Source: Thermoanaerobaculia bacterium (GTDB lineage: Bacteria > Acidobacteriota > Thermoanaerobaculia > Multivoradales > JAHEKO01). From it: 64,000 bases of DNA. The notes beneath the pieces were generated by a model. That model did no database searches. It was not told the DNA's origin and saw only the letters and a program-made list of their open reading frames with translations. Shown here one piece after another: positions 1 to 9,686 of the stretch. The stretch spans positions 18,584 through 82,583 of the forward strand of contig CAMYNM010000020.1 of assembly GCA_947259725.1 (NCBI GenBank), read 5' to 3'. The position numbers were made by a program, and so were the translations under genes. How positions within the stretch are numbered: position 1 is the first letter of the stretch; every line of letters starts with the position of its first letter.

Positions 1-1218
1 GTCGCGGCCGTTCGCAGCGAGCTCGCCTCGCTGAGGGCGGAGTATGAGCGCAGGATTGCTGCGCTCGAAGGAAGGATCGAGGAGCTCGAAGGCGCGCTCG
101 AGAGTCCGGCGCCTGCCACCGAGCCGCCCGCCGCTGCGCAGGACGAGCTCGCGTCGCTGCGCGCGGCTGCACGAGAGGCGGCCGCAGACGAGTCGGCCGA
201 ACCGAGCTCATCCGCCGTTCCTGTACCCATCACGGCGACGGCGACCGGCAGAGAGGGCAGCCTCAATCTTCTGAATCCCGAGATCTCGTTTACCGGCATT
301 CTGCTCGGCGCGACGCTCGGGGATGAGCGCGACGAATTCGCTTTCGAGGAGTTCGAGCTCGATTTGCAGTCCGCATTGGATCCGTTTTCGCGTACCCGCG
401 TCACGCTCGCGGTGGGCGACGAGGGGCTCGAGATCGAGGAGGCCTACGTCAACTACAGCTCGCTCCCCGGGGGCCTCGATCTTCTCGCCGGGAAGTTCCG
501 GCAGCGGTTCGGGCCGCTCAACCGCCAGCATCTGCACGCCCTGCCGCAGACCGAATACCCGTTGGTCTACCAGACCCTTTTCGGAGAAGAGGGGCTGGGT
601 CAGACAGGTCTCTCCTTCAGTTGGCTTCTCCCGAAGCCCTGGGCAACGGCCAACGAGGTCACCCTCGAGGTGACCGACGGGGAGAACGAGGCCGCCTTCG
701 GCGGCGAGGAATTCGAGGACCTGGCGATTCTGGGCCGGCTCAAGAACTTTTGGGAGCTGGCGGGCTCGAGCTACTTCGAGTGGGGCGTCTCGGGTATCGC
801 CGGCAAGACCGCCACCGGCGGCGCGAGCCGGGTCTACGGCACCGATTTCACCTACAGCTGGCAGCCGGCCGGCAGGACCAAGTACCGGGGCCTGACCTGG
901 CGCACCGAGATCCTCTTCTCGGAGCGCGAAGACGACCTTGGCGTTCGACACGATGCGGTCGGTGCCTACACCGACGTCGAGGGTTTGGTGCGGCGCAATC
1001 TCTACGGCGGCGTTCGCTTCGACAGGGCCGAGGACCCTCTCGATTCCGACAGCCACACGACCGGTATCGTCCCGTACCTCTCCTGGTGGCAGAGCGAGTA
1101 CGTCCGGCTACGCGCCGAGTACAGCTTGTTCGAGCTCCAGCCTTCGGGAGAGCGCGATGATCGCTTCACCATTCAACTGACCTGGGCCGCCGGCCCGCAC
1201 AAGCACGAGAGCTATTGA
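1..1218 (+). CDS. Outer-membrane beta-barrel protein linked to Zn/Mn uptake (5' partial)
   Basis: Frame 1 is open from base 1 (coiled-coil VRSELASLRAEYERRIAALE, Pro/Ala linker), then amphipathic beta-strands, an HLH motif and a His-rich C-terminus (GPHKHESY). Its TGA overlaps the ATG of the binding-protein gene. Confidence 0.75.
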   Translation, partial: VAAVRSELASLRAEYERRIAALEGRIEELEGALESPAPATEPPAAAQDELASLRAAAREAAADESAEPSSSAVPVPITATATGREGSLNLLNPEISFTGILLGATLGDERDEFAFEEFELDLQSALDPFSRTRVTLAVGDEGLEIEEAYVNYSSLPGGLDLLAGKFRQRFGPLNRQHLHALPQTEYPLVYQTLFGEEGLGQTGLSFSWLLPKPWATANEVTLEVTDGENEAAFGGEEFEDLAILGRLKNFWELAGSSYFEWGVSGIAGKTATGGASRVYGTDFTYSWQPAGRTKYRGLTWRTEILFSEREDDLGVRHDAVGAYTDVEGLVRRNLYGGVRFDRAEDPLDSDSHTTGIVPYLSWWQSEYVRLRAEYSLFELQPSGERDDRFTIQLTWAAGPHKHESY

Positions 1219-2246
1219 TGCCAAAACCGATCACATTTTTTCTTCTGGCAGCGGCGCTCGCGCTTCAGGCCGTTTCTGTGGCGGCGGAGGTCAGAGTAGT
1301 AACGACACTGCCGGCCTACGCAGCGATCGCACAGTTCGTGGGCGGCGACCGCGTCGTTGCCGAGGCGATCTCCCGAGGCGACGAAGACGCCCACTTCGTC
1401 AAGCCGAAGCCGTCGTTTGCATTGATGTTGAAACGCGCCGATCTCTTCGTCAGCACCGGGCTCGATCTCGAGCTCTGGGCGCCGACCCTGGTCGACAAGT
1501 CGGGGAACCGTAGGATCCGGAGTGGAGAACCGGGGTACGTCAGTGCCAGCGCAGGGGTCGCCATGCTCGACGTGCCCGATTCGGTGAGCCGTGAGGCCGG
1601 CGACGTGCACATCTTCGGTAACCCGCACATTCACACGAGCCCGATCAATGCCAAGAGGATCGCCGCCAATATCGAAGCCGGTCTCGAGCGTGTGGACCCC
1701 GCGGGCGCGGTGACCTACCGGGCCGGGCTCGCCGAATTCGCGCGGCGCATTGACCAGGCGCTGTACGGAAACGAGCTCGTCGAGCTTCTGGGCGCGGAGA
1801 CTCTCGACGACCTGGCGCGCCAGGGCAAGCTGTTCGAGTTTCTGAAGACCAAGGAGTACGAGGGCAAGCCTCTTCTCGACCGTTTGGGGGGTTGGCTTGG
1901 CAAGGCCGCTTCTTTCCGAGGGAAAAAGATCGTGGCCTATCACGGCAACTGGATCTATTTCACCGACCTTTTCGGGCTCGAAGTGGTCGATTTCGTCGAG
2001 CGCAAGCCCGGCATCCCCCCATCAGCCAAACACGTTTTCGAGCTGCTCGAGACGATCAAGACACAAAAGGTCAAGGTGCTTCTGGCCGCGACCTACTTCA
2101 GCCGCAGCCAGATCGAGACCATCGCGGAGCGAGCCGGCGCGACGTCGGTCATCGTGGCCCTGAGCCCGATGGAGGTCTCGGCCGAGGGCTACTTCGAACT
2201 GGTCGACGGCTGGATCGACGATCTCAAACGGGCCTTCGGCTCCTAA
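1218..2246 (+). CDS. Metal (Zn/Mn) ABC transporter substrate-binding protein, ZnuA/TroA family
   Basis: Signal peptide, VVTT, DAHF, GDVH..GNPHIH, AYH and PGIPPS motifs. Confidence 0.9.
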   Translation: MPKPITFFLLAAALALQAVSVAAEVRVVTTLPAYAAIAQFVGGDRVVAEAISRGDEDAHFVKPKPSFALMLKRADLFVSTGLDLELWAPTLVDKSGNRRIRSGEPGYVSASAGVAMLDVPDSVSREAGDVHIFGNPHIHTSPINAKRIAANIEAGLERVDPAGAVTYRAGLAEFARRIDQALYGNELVELLGAETLDDLARQGKLFEFLKTKEYEGKPLLDRLGGWLGKAASFRGKKIVAYHGNWIYFTDLFGLEVVDFVERKPGIPPSAKHVFELLETIKTQKVKVLLAATYFSRSQIETIAERAGATSVIVALSPMEVSAEGYFELVDGWIDDLKRAFGS

Positions 2247-2260
2247 GGAAGGGTTTCGCG

Positions 2261-3088
2261 ATGGATGCGCTGGAATTCATGGCCGCTCCGTTTGCCGCCT
2301 GTTTGGTGCTGGTCGGCATCCACGCCTATCTCGGTCTGCACGTCCTCCTGCGTGAGGTGATCTTCGTCGACCTTGCCCTGGCTCAGATCGCGGCTTTGGG
2401 CTCGGTCGTGGCGTTGGCGGTTACCGGTCACCCGCCGGGAACTCCCGCCTCCTACACGTTCTCGCTGGGTTTCGCGCTCATCGGTGCGGCGATCTTCGCG
2501 GTTACCCGCATGCGCGAGGGGAGGGTTCCGCAGGAGGCGATCATCGGCATCACTTTCGTGATTGCTTCGGCGGCGGCGATCGTGGTTGCCGACCGCGCTC
2601 CGGAGGGCGCCGAGCAGATCAAGGAGCTGATGGCCGGCGCGATCCTCTGGGTCAGCTGGCCCAAGGTGGCGACGACTCTGCTTATCTACGCCGGCGTGGG
2701 TGTTGCCCACTACCTCTTCCGGCACAAGTTCATTCTGATCTCGGAGCATCCCGAGGAGGCTTTTGCCGAAGGCTTGAATGTGCGCCTCTGGGACTTTCTC
2801 TTCTACGCCACCTTCGCTCTGGTCATCACCATTTCGGTGCAGATGGCCGGAGTGCTGATGGTGTTCTCGTACCTGGTGGCTCCGGCGATCATCGCGCTCG
2901 CCGCGAGCTCGAGCTGGCCCGCTCGCATCGGCATCGCCTCTCTAACCAGCGTGACGGCGAGCGTTCTGGGCCTGTTCGCGTCGTACCGATGGGACCTGCC
3001 CAGCGGTCCCGCGATCGTCTGCGCGCTGGCTGTGATCCTGCTCGCCTTCGGGGCGTGGCGCCAGATCGCTCGCGCGAAGACCGGATGA
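2261..3088 (+). CDS. Metal ABC transporter permease (ABC-3/ZnuB family)
   Basis: ATG at 2261 after AAGGAAGG; hydrophobic; LGLHVLLREVIFVDLALAQ, EAIIG, GVLMVFSYLVAPA, DLPSGPAIV. Confidence 0.9.
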   Translation: MDALEFMAAPFAACLVLVGIHAYLGLHVLLREVIFVDLALAQIAALGSVVALAVTGHPPGTPASYTFSLGFALIGAAIFAVTRMREGRVPQEAIIGITFVIASAAAIVVADRAPEGAEQIKELMAGAILWVSWPKVATTLLIYAGVGVAHYLFRHKFILISEHPEEAFAEGLNVRLWDFLFYATFALVITISVQMAGVLMVFSYLVAPAIIALAASSSWPARIGIASLTSVTASVLGLFASYRWDLPSGPAIVCALAVILLAFGAWRQIARAKTG

Positions 3089-3156
3089 GGGCGGCAAGCC
3101 TCACCGGAACCGGAACGAAATGAGGTTTGCAGCTCGCCGGTGGTAGCGTTTTCGGC

Positions 3157-4878
3157 GTGAGGCTCGCGGTGAGAAACGGTATCTGGCTGGCTCTGCTCTG
3201 TCTGGCGACGGTTGGGGTCGCCCGCGCGCAGGGAGCCATCGAGCTCGAGGAGGTCGTCTCCGGTCTCGACCAGCCGTTGGGCCTGGTCGCGCCCGGAGAC
3301 GGCTCGGAGCGCCTTTTCATTGTCGAGCAGGCCGGCAGGGTCCTGGTCCTCGAAGACCGTGCCGTGCGCGAGGTCCCGTTTCTGGATCTCTCGAGCTCGG
3401 TTCGATGCTGCGATGAGCGGGGCCTTCTGGGCCTGGCGTTTCACCCTGACTACGAGAGCAACGGCTTATTCTTCGTCAACTACACCGATCGCGCCGGCGA
3501 CACGGTGGTCTCGCGCTTCTCGGTCTCGAGTGCCGATCCGAACCGGGCGGACATCGATTCCGAGATCGCTCTTCTGACCTTCGATCAACCGTTCGCCAAT
3601 CACAATGGTGGTCACATCGCCTTCGGGCCGGACGGCTACCTCTACATCGCCTCGGGCGACGGCGGTTCGGGCGGCGACCCGCAAAACAACGCGCAGAGTC
3701 TCGACAATCTGCTCGGGAAGATCCTGCGCATCGACGTGGACGGCAGCCCGGTCGCGATTCCGCCCGACAATCCGTTCGTCAACGACTCGAGCGCACGGGC
3801 GGAGATCTGGGCTTTCGGGCTTCGCAACCCCTGGCGCTTCGGCTTCGACCGCGAGACCGGCGATCTCTTCATTGGAGACGTGGGGCAGAACGCCGTCGAG
3901 GAGATCGATCTTCAACCCGCCGGAAGCCCTGGCGGGGAGAACTATGGCTGGCGCCGAATGGAGGGATCGAGCTGCTTCAATCCGTCCAATAGTTGCGACA
4001 CCGGTGACCTGGTGACTCCGATCCTCGAGTACCGGCATGACCAGGGCTGCTCGGTGACCGGAGGGTACCGCTACCGGGGCTCGAGGTCCCCCGGTCTCGA
4101 AGGCGTCTATGTCTTCGGCGATTTTTGCTCGGGTCGTATCTGGGGCGCGACTCCGGGCGCCGGCGGAGAATGGTCGTTCCGGCAGCTCGCCGACACCGAT
4201 CTCGGCATTGCGAGTTTTGGCGAAGACGAGGACGGCGAGATCTACGCGGTCGACCTCGGCGGCGCGATCTACCGCATAGCGACCGCCGAGATCTTTCACA
4301 ACGGTTTCGAGTCGGGAGATTTCTCGGGCTGGAAGAAACGGGGCAAGCCGGGACTCACCAGCCCAGGTCTCGAGGGCACCGGTTTCGCGCTTGCGGTTCG
4401 CGCGGATTCGGGTCGGCCTCGCGTTCGGGCCAGGGTGCCCGGTCGCGAAGCCGAGGTCGCGCTCGAGCTGTCGATCGATCCCAGTGGCCTCGAGCGGCTG
4501 AGTCGCGAGGAGGTCGTCGTCGCCTTGACCGACGGAAAGACCGTCGAGGTGGAGATGACCCTCGAGCGTGTCGCGAAGCGCTTCCGAGTCGCGCTCTACG
4601 TTCACGGATCGGAAGGCGCGCGGCGCGTTGCCCGAACCAAGATCTCGGCGAAGCGATCTACCCGTCTCACCCTCACTTGGCGGGCGGCGCCGGACGACGG
4701 ATCGCCGGAGGGTTTCGCGAGCCTGGCCAGAAACGGCCGCGTCCGAGGTGCCCGGAGCGATCTCGACACCGCGGAGCGACGCATCAACTCGTTTGAGGCG
4801 GGTTTTCCCCTGGGCACCAGCGACGGCTCGGGCGTGCTTCTTCTGGACGAGTTCGCGTTCAGCCGCAGTCCGGGCTGA
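3157..4878 (+). CDS. Secreted PQQ-dependent sugar dehydrogenase (glucose/sorbosone dehydrogenase family) with extra C-terminal beta domain
   Basis: ERGLLGLAFHP, NHNGG, FGPDGYLY, GKILRID, GLRNPWR, SVTGG, SFGED motifs. GTG 3157 chosen as start because of the signal peptide and upstream -10. Confidence 0.9.
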   Translation: MRLAVRNGIWLALLCLATVGVARAQGAIELEEVVSGLDQPLGLVAPGDGSERLFIVEQAGRVLVLEDRAVREVPFLDLSSSVRCCDERGLLGLAFHPDYESNGLFFVNYTDRAGDTVVSRFSVSSADPNRADIDSEIALLTFDQPFANHNGGHIAFGPDGYLYIASGDGGSGGDPQNNAQSLDNLLGKILRIDVDGSPVAIPPDNPFVNDSSARAEIWAFGLRNPWRFGFDRETGDLFIGDVGQNAVEEIDLQPAGSPGGENYGWRRMEGSSCFNPSNSCDTGDLVTPILEYRHDQGCSVTGGYRYRGSRSPGLEGVYVFGDFCSGRIWGATPGAGGEWSFRQLADTDLGIASFGEDEDGEIYAVDLGGAIYRIATAEIFHNGFESGDFSGWKKRGKPGLTSPGLEGTGFALAVRADSGRPRVRARVPGREAEVALELSIDPSGLERLSREEVVVALTDGKTVEVEMTLERVAKRFRVALYVHGSEGARRVARTKISAKRSTRLTLTWRAAPDDGSPEGFASLARNGRVRGARSDLDTAERRINSFEAGFPLGTSDGSGVLLLDEFAFSRSPG

Positions 4879-5284
4879 GATCGCGGGCGAGCCGGGCGAC
4901 CACCAGGCCGATGCCGACCACGCAGGGCCCCTCGGCGAGCACCCACCAAGTGGGCATCGGTGCCTGCAGGTCGATGGCGGTCAAGGCTACGCCGAGAGCG
5001 GCCGTCGCCCAACCGACGAAGATGAGCGCCTTCCGGAACCGGCGCACGTCGGTCGACAGAACGAACAACAAGCCGCCGTGGAAGGCGTACATCGCGGAAA
5101 GCGAACGGGTCAGGTAGTTGGTCAGCGGCGACGACGGAAACTCGCCGATGCCGAGGCGAGCGTAGATCGAAGCCATGGTGGCCTCGGGCAGGAAGACGGC
5201 GAAGATCGCCGATCCGGTGAGGACCGCGCCGACCCGCAGCAGGAGCACCAGGAAGCGCTCTCGACCGTCTCGCTGGTGGCTCAT
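4859..5284 (-). CDS. Hypothetical 4-TM membrane protein
   Basis: ATG at 5284 overlaps the stop of the upstream gene (ATGA); four hydrophobic segments. Confidence 0.7.
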   Translation of the reverse strand: MSHQRDGRERFLVLLLRVGAVLTGSAIFAVFLPEATMASIYARLGIGEFPSSPLTNYLTRSLSAMYAFHGGLLFVLSTDVRRFRKALIFVGWATAALGVALTAIDLQAPMPTWWVLAEGPCVVGIGLVVARLARDLSPDCG

Positions 5285-7104
5285 TCGGGCAGAGTAACGG
5301 TAGCGATGTTGGAATAGCTGGAGTGGCTGCCGGCCCTGCGGGCCTGGACCCTGAAGCTGTAGGTGGTGCCCGGCTCTCCGTCGTCGAACTCGAACCTGGT
5401 CGCGTTGGCCGGCGCCGAGCGCCAGCTCTCCCAACCTCCGGAGCCCGTTCTTCGCTCGATGCGGAACTTCTTCTCACCGTCGGACCGATCCTTCCAGACG
5501 AGCCGGCCAGAGGTCGGACCGAGGACGGTCGCCTTGAGCTTCTTGGGCCTCTTGAGCGTTTTCGGCATGGTCACGGACGCGGTGTTCGAAAACTCGGTGG
5601 TGAGGCCATCGGCCGGATCGCCGAGCACGGCTCGCACTCTGAAGCCGTAGGTCTTGCCCGGTTTGGCGTCCGAAAAACGCAGGCTCGTGGTGTCGGCTGG
5701 GGCCTCGCGCCAGAGCTCGAAGGCCCGGCTGCCGACCCGTCGCCAGACCTCGAACCCTGCCTCGGTGGACGAGTTGTCGATCCAGCGCAGGCGGCCGGCG
5801 GAGGGTTTGAGGGCTTTTACGGTCAGCTCACTCGGTTGTGGGCCCACGGAGGGGGGCGAAGGGCTCGCGCCGTAGAGCGCCACCAGGGCGGCCCGGTCGT
5901 CGGGCCGGATCGCCCCGCCACGACCGTCGTCGTGCAGGCTGGCTCTCATGGTCGCATCGTTTTTGTCTTTCTCGAGTCCGCAGGGTCCGGTGACGTCGTC
6001 TCCGCAGGAGTGCCCGATGCCGAGCGTGTGGCCCAGCTCATGGGTGAAGAGCTCGGCGGCGGCGGCCCGGTTGGTTTCGATCAGGCACTCGACACCGTCG
6101 TTGACCACGATCTCGGCTTCCACGATTCGGGCATAGGTCTCGCCTTTGTACTCCCCGGTGCCGCTGGCCCACCAACCGCCTGTGGCGAGGGTGCCACCAC
6201 CGTTGGCGTCACAGCTGTAGGAGCCGGTGACCGAGTCGTTCGGATCGCCGAAGATGATCGCGTTGACTCCGTCGGACCGTTCGAATCCATTCGAGCGGTT
6301 GGTCTCGCCGGCCAGCACCAGCCGCGCCGGCTCCGGCTTCCAGGCGCCGAGCGCGGCCTCGAACTCGGCCTGCGAATCGGTGCTGTCGGCGCTTCGAAAA
6401 AACCAGCTGACCGGATCGCCGGCGTCGAAATCAAACCAGCGGACGTGATTGCCGCGGTACTCCATCAGGGTGTATGGGACGGCCAGAAAAACCGGTGACA
6501 CGGGTCGTTCGAGCAGGTAGTCCGGTGGCCTGAGCAACCCTCGGTGGCGGTCCTCGAGCCACTCGAGAAAGAGGTCATGGTCGCGCGCGAGGTCGGTGGC
6601 CTGATCCAGCCGCGCGTCGAGCAGGGTGGCATTTTCGAGGGTTCTGACCGCCAGCGAGCCGGTGTCGTGGTCGCGCCGGAAGAAAACCCCCAGAGCGAGA
6701 TGAAGCGGCGAGTAGCTGCCGTCCGGATTCGCCGCCAGAAACAGGAGCACCCGATCCCCTTCCGCAAACCTAGGCGAGCCCGGGATGACGAGCTCTCCGG
6801 TCTCGGTCGAGCCGCCGGGAGTCCGTACGATCAGCGTGCTCGATGTGAGTCTGCCCTTGATCACGCGCCCGACAGCCGCGAGATGCTCGGTCGCAGGTCT
6901 GGCTCCCCGAAGGGCGGGCAGCCTGTGGAGAATCGTCGCTTCGACCACGGTCGTGGCCTGGTCCAGTAGATCGCCGTCGCTGACGACGACGTAGGTCGCT
7001 GCACGGGTGCCGCTCGCGAGGGCGAGAGTCAGTCCCAGCGCGAGGCACATGCCGGTCGCTGCGGATCCCGCGCGGTCCTTCTCGAGGTGCTGCCTGCGTC
7101 CCAT
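5281..7104 (-). CDS. Secreted metzincin/matrixin-like zinc metalloprotease with two fibronectin type III repeats
   Basis: HELGHTLGIGHS zinc motif, Met-turn (ATM), signal peptide, two W.D.S..E..F...R/Y.FRV.A FnIII repeats. Start uncertain (7104 or 7050). Confidence 0.85.
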   Translation of the reverse strand: MGRRQHLEKDRAGSAATGMCLALGLTLALASGTRAATYVVVSDGDLLDQATTVVEATILHRLPALRGARPATEHLAAVGRVIKGRLTSSTLIVRTPGGSTETGELVIPGSPRFAEGDRVLLFLAANPDGSYSPLHLALGVFFRRDHDTGSLAVRTLENATLLDARLDQATDLARDHDLFLEWLEDRHRGLLRPPDYLLERPVSPVFLAVPYTLMEYRGNHVRWFDFDAGDPVSWFFRSADSTDSQAEFEAALGAWKPEPARLVLAGETNRSNGFERSDGVNAIIFGDPNDSVTGSYSCDANGGGTLATGGWWASGTGEYKGETYARIVEAEIVVNDGVECLIETNRAAAAELFTHELGHTLGIGHSCGDDVTGPCGLEKDKNDATMRASLHDDGRGGAIRPDDRAALVALYGASPSPPSVGPQPSELTVKALKPSAGRLRWIDNSSTEAGFEVWRRVGSRAFELWREAPADTTSLRFSDAKPGKTYGFRVRAVLGDPADGLTTEFSNTASVTMPKTLKRPKKLKATVLGPTSGRLVWKDRSDGEKKFRIERRTGSGGWESWRSAPANATRFEFDDGEPGTTYSFRVQARRAGSHSSYSNIATVTLPE

Positions 7105-7117
7105 GGTCGGTGTGTGA

Positions 7118-7134
7118 AGCAAGTGCCGTACCGG
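7118..7134 (-). promoter_or_regulatory. Candidate sigma-54 (-24/-12) promoter for the metalloprotease gene
   Basis: Minus strand CCGGTACGGCACTTGCT = GG-N10-GC with TTGCT, just upstream of the CDS. Confidence 0.5.
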
Positions 7135-7309
7135 AAGCCGGGAACGCTTCCGGGGTTTCGGAGCCCCGAGTTTACTCGGCTTCGGAGAATCAATTGCCCG
7201 AGGCCGCCGTTTCGAGTACGAAGCGGCGGGCCTTTCGGATGTGGCGATCGCCCTCCGTCACCGCGCGCTCGAGGTTCGGATATCCTTCAGGATCACCCTC
7301 GTGCCAGAT

Positions 7310-8488
7310 ATGACCGACTCCCCGCCAGCCCCCCTCGACGGTATTTGTGTCATCGAGATGGCGGAGGCCCTCGCGGGACCGTACTGCGGAATGACACTCG
7401 GGGATCTCGGCGCCGACGTCATCAAGGTCGAGCGCCGGGGGGTAGGAGATCAGTCTCGCAAGTGGGGTCCGCCTTTCCTCGAAGGCGAGAGCGCCTACTT
7501 TCTCTCGGTCAACCGCAACAAGCGCTCGATCGAGCTCGACATTAAGGACGCCGCCGACCATCGGGTGTTGCTTGCCCTCCTCGAGAGTGCGGACGTTTTC
7601 ATCTGTAACAACCCCAAGATGGAATCGCTCGAGCGTGCCGGTTTGGATCCGGTAGCTCTGCTTAAGGCGAATCCGGGCCTCATTCAGGCGGCGATCAGCG
7701 GCTACGGCCATTCCGGGCCGAAGGCCGGCCGTGGGGGCTACGACGTCATCGCCCAGGGCGAGGCCGGCTTGATGGCGCTGGCTGGAGAGCCCGGATCGGG
7801 ACCGATCCGGTTTCCGACCGCAATGGCGGACATCAGCGCCGGCCTCTACGCGCTGATCGGTATTCAGGCCGCGCTCTACGCTCGAGATCGGGTGGGCGGG
7901 TGCGGGCAGGGGCAGTTCCTGGACGTGGCGCTCGTGGATGCCCAGGTCACCTGGCTTGCCAACATTGCCGGCTCGTTTTTTGCCACCGGCGAGCGCCCGA
8001 CCAAGCTCGGCAACGCTCACCCTTCGATCGCGCCCTATCAGCCGGTTCGTGCGCGCGACAAGGACTTGATCGTCGCGGTCGGTACCGAGCGGCTCTGGAA
8101 GCGGTTTTGCGAAGTGCTCGGCGTCGAGGGATCATTGATGACCGACCCGCGCTTTACGACCAATCCCGACCGCAACGCCCACCGCAGCGAACTGATTCCG
8201 CTGCTCGAGGAGGTTCTGCGCTCGCGCGATGCGGCCGACTGGGTCGAGGATCTGGTGGCCGCCGGGATTCCGGCCGGCCCGATCAATTTCGTCGACGAGG
8301 CGCTCACCGACGAGCAGATCGTGGCTCGCGGCATGATCGTCGAGCTCGAGCATCCGCTGATCGGGATGGTGAGATCGGTCGGCCATCCCGTTCGAATGTC
8401 GAGCGCCGGCCCAACCTACCGCCGGTATCCGCCTCGCCTCGGCGAGCACAACCGCGAAATCCGCGCCGAATTGGTTGCTGCGGGTTGA
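7310..8488 (+). CDS. CoA-transferase family III (CaiB/BaiF)
   Basis: [44 protein letters not shown]. Start ATG 7310 or GTG 7301. Confidence 0.95.
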   Translation: MTDSPPAPLDGICVIEMAEALAGPYCGMTLGDLGADVIKVERRGVGDQSRKWGPPFLEGESAYFLSVNRNKRSIELDIKDAADHRVLLALLESADVFICNNPKMESLERAGLDPVALLKANPGLIQAAISGYGHSGPKAGRGGYDVIAQGEAGLMALAGEPGSGPIRFPTAMADISAGLYALIGIQAALYARDRVGGCGQGQFLDVALVDAQVTWLANIAGSFFATGERPTKLGNAHPSIAPYQPVRARDKDLIVAVGTERLWKRFCEVLGVEGSLMTDPRFTTNPDRNAHRSELIPLLEEVLRSRDAADWVEDLVAAGIPAGPINFVDEALTDEQIVARGMIVELEHPLIGMVRSVGHPVRMSSAGPTYRRYPPRLGEHNREIRAELVAAG

Positions 8489-8534
8489 TCGACTGCAGGC
8501 TCGGAGCTGGGCTGCTAGAATCTACAGGCGTGGA

Positions 8535-9581
8535 ATGCATGAGCCTCGAAAGAACGCGTTGAACGTGCCGACACGGGCCGAAGTGGCCCGATACTGGAAC
8601 GGGCTTCTCCAGCCCCACATGGGGGCGATCGACCGCAAGGCGTGGTTTCAGCTGCTGACCACCCTCGGCCTCTGGACCGCGGGCTGGTTGCTGATGCTCA
8701 AGAGCCTCGAGGTCTCCCTGTGGCTCACCCTGCTTTTGGCCTTGCCTACGACCGGCCTCCAGATCCGGCTGTTCATCTTCCTGCACGATTGCGGTCACGG
8801 GTCCTTCTTCAGGTCCCGCAAGATGAATCACGCGGTCGGCGCGGTGCTCGGCGTGTTCACCTTGACCCCCTTCGTCTACTGGCGTCGGACTCACGGGATT
8901 CACCATGGCACCTCGGGAGACCTCGACCGCCGGGGGTTGGGCGACGTCGAAACGCTCACGGTCGAGGAATACCTCGAGCGATCGTGGTGGGGCAGACTCA
9001 AGTACCGGGTGTATCGCCATCCGATCGTGCTTCTGGGGATCGGACCGTTCTATCAGTTCGTTCTCAAGCAGCGCCTGCCGCTCGACATCCCGCGCCGATG
9101 GAAGCGCGAGTGGGCTAGCGTCATGTGGACCAACGTGGCGATTGCCGGAGCGATACTCGCCGGCTGGCAGCTCTTCGGCCTCGGGCGCTTCCTGGTGGTC
9201 GAAGGATTGATCATCCTCCTCAGCGGCACGATTGGCGTCTGGCTGTTCTACATCCAGCATCAGTTCGAGGACACCTACTGGCGTGAGCACGAGGAGTGGG
9301 ACTTCTACCGCGCCGGCATCGAGGGTAGCTCGCTCTACGATCTCCCGGCGCTTCTGCACTGGTTCACCGGCAATATCGGCTTTCACCACGTCCATCACCT
9401 GGCGTCGGCGATCCCCAACTACCGGCTGAAGGAATGCTTCACGCAGGTGCAGGAGCTCCACCACGTGACCCGCTTGACCATCTGGACCAGCCTGCGTAGC
9501 GCGCGGCTCCATCTCTGGGACGAGGTCGAAGGCCGGTTGGTGAGTTTTCGGCAGGCGCGCCACCGCCTGCAGCACGCCTAG
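8535..9581 (+). CDS. Membrane fatty acid desaturase
   Basis: Three His boxes HDCGH, HGIHH, HHVHH plus IPNYRL. Confidence 0.93.
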   Translation: MHEPRKNALNVPTRAEVARYWNGLLQPHMGAIDRKAWFQLLTTLGLWTAGWLLMLKSLEVSLWLTLLLALPTTGLQIRLFIFLHDCGHGSFFRSRKMNHAVGAVLGVFTLTPFVYWRRTHGIHHGTSGDLDRRGLGDVETLTVEEYLERSWWGRLKYRVYRHPIVLLGIGPFYQFVLKQRLPLDIPRRWKREWASVMWTNVAIAGAILAGWQLFGLGRFLVVEGLIILLSGTIGVWLFYIQHQFEDTYWREHEEWDFYRAGIEGSSLYDLPALLHWFTGNIGFHHVHHLASAIPNYRLKECFTQVQELHHVTRLTIWTSLRSARLHLWDEVEGRLVSFRQARHRLQHA

Positions 9582-9686
9582 GAATCGCCCCCTGTTAGGG
9601 TGGGGGCCTTTACCGGTCCGCTAGGTGTGGTGGCGGGTGCGGGCTGCCACTACGATGCCTGCGAGCCCAGTCCACTGGAGCGCATC

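Noticed and set aside
1892..2260. Upstream extensions of track ORFs (permease 1892, DHODH-like 13216, HD protein 52492, rpmB 62070)
   Set aside because: They overlap neighbouring genes or promoters; family homology starts at the downstream start codons given in the features.
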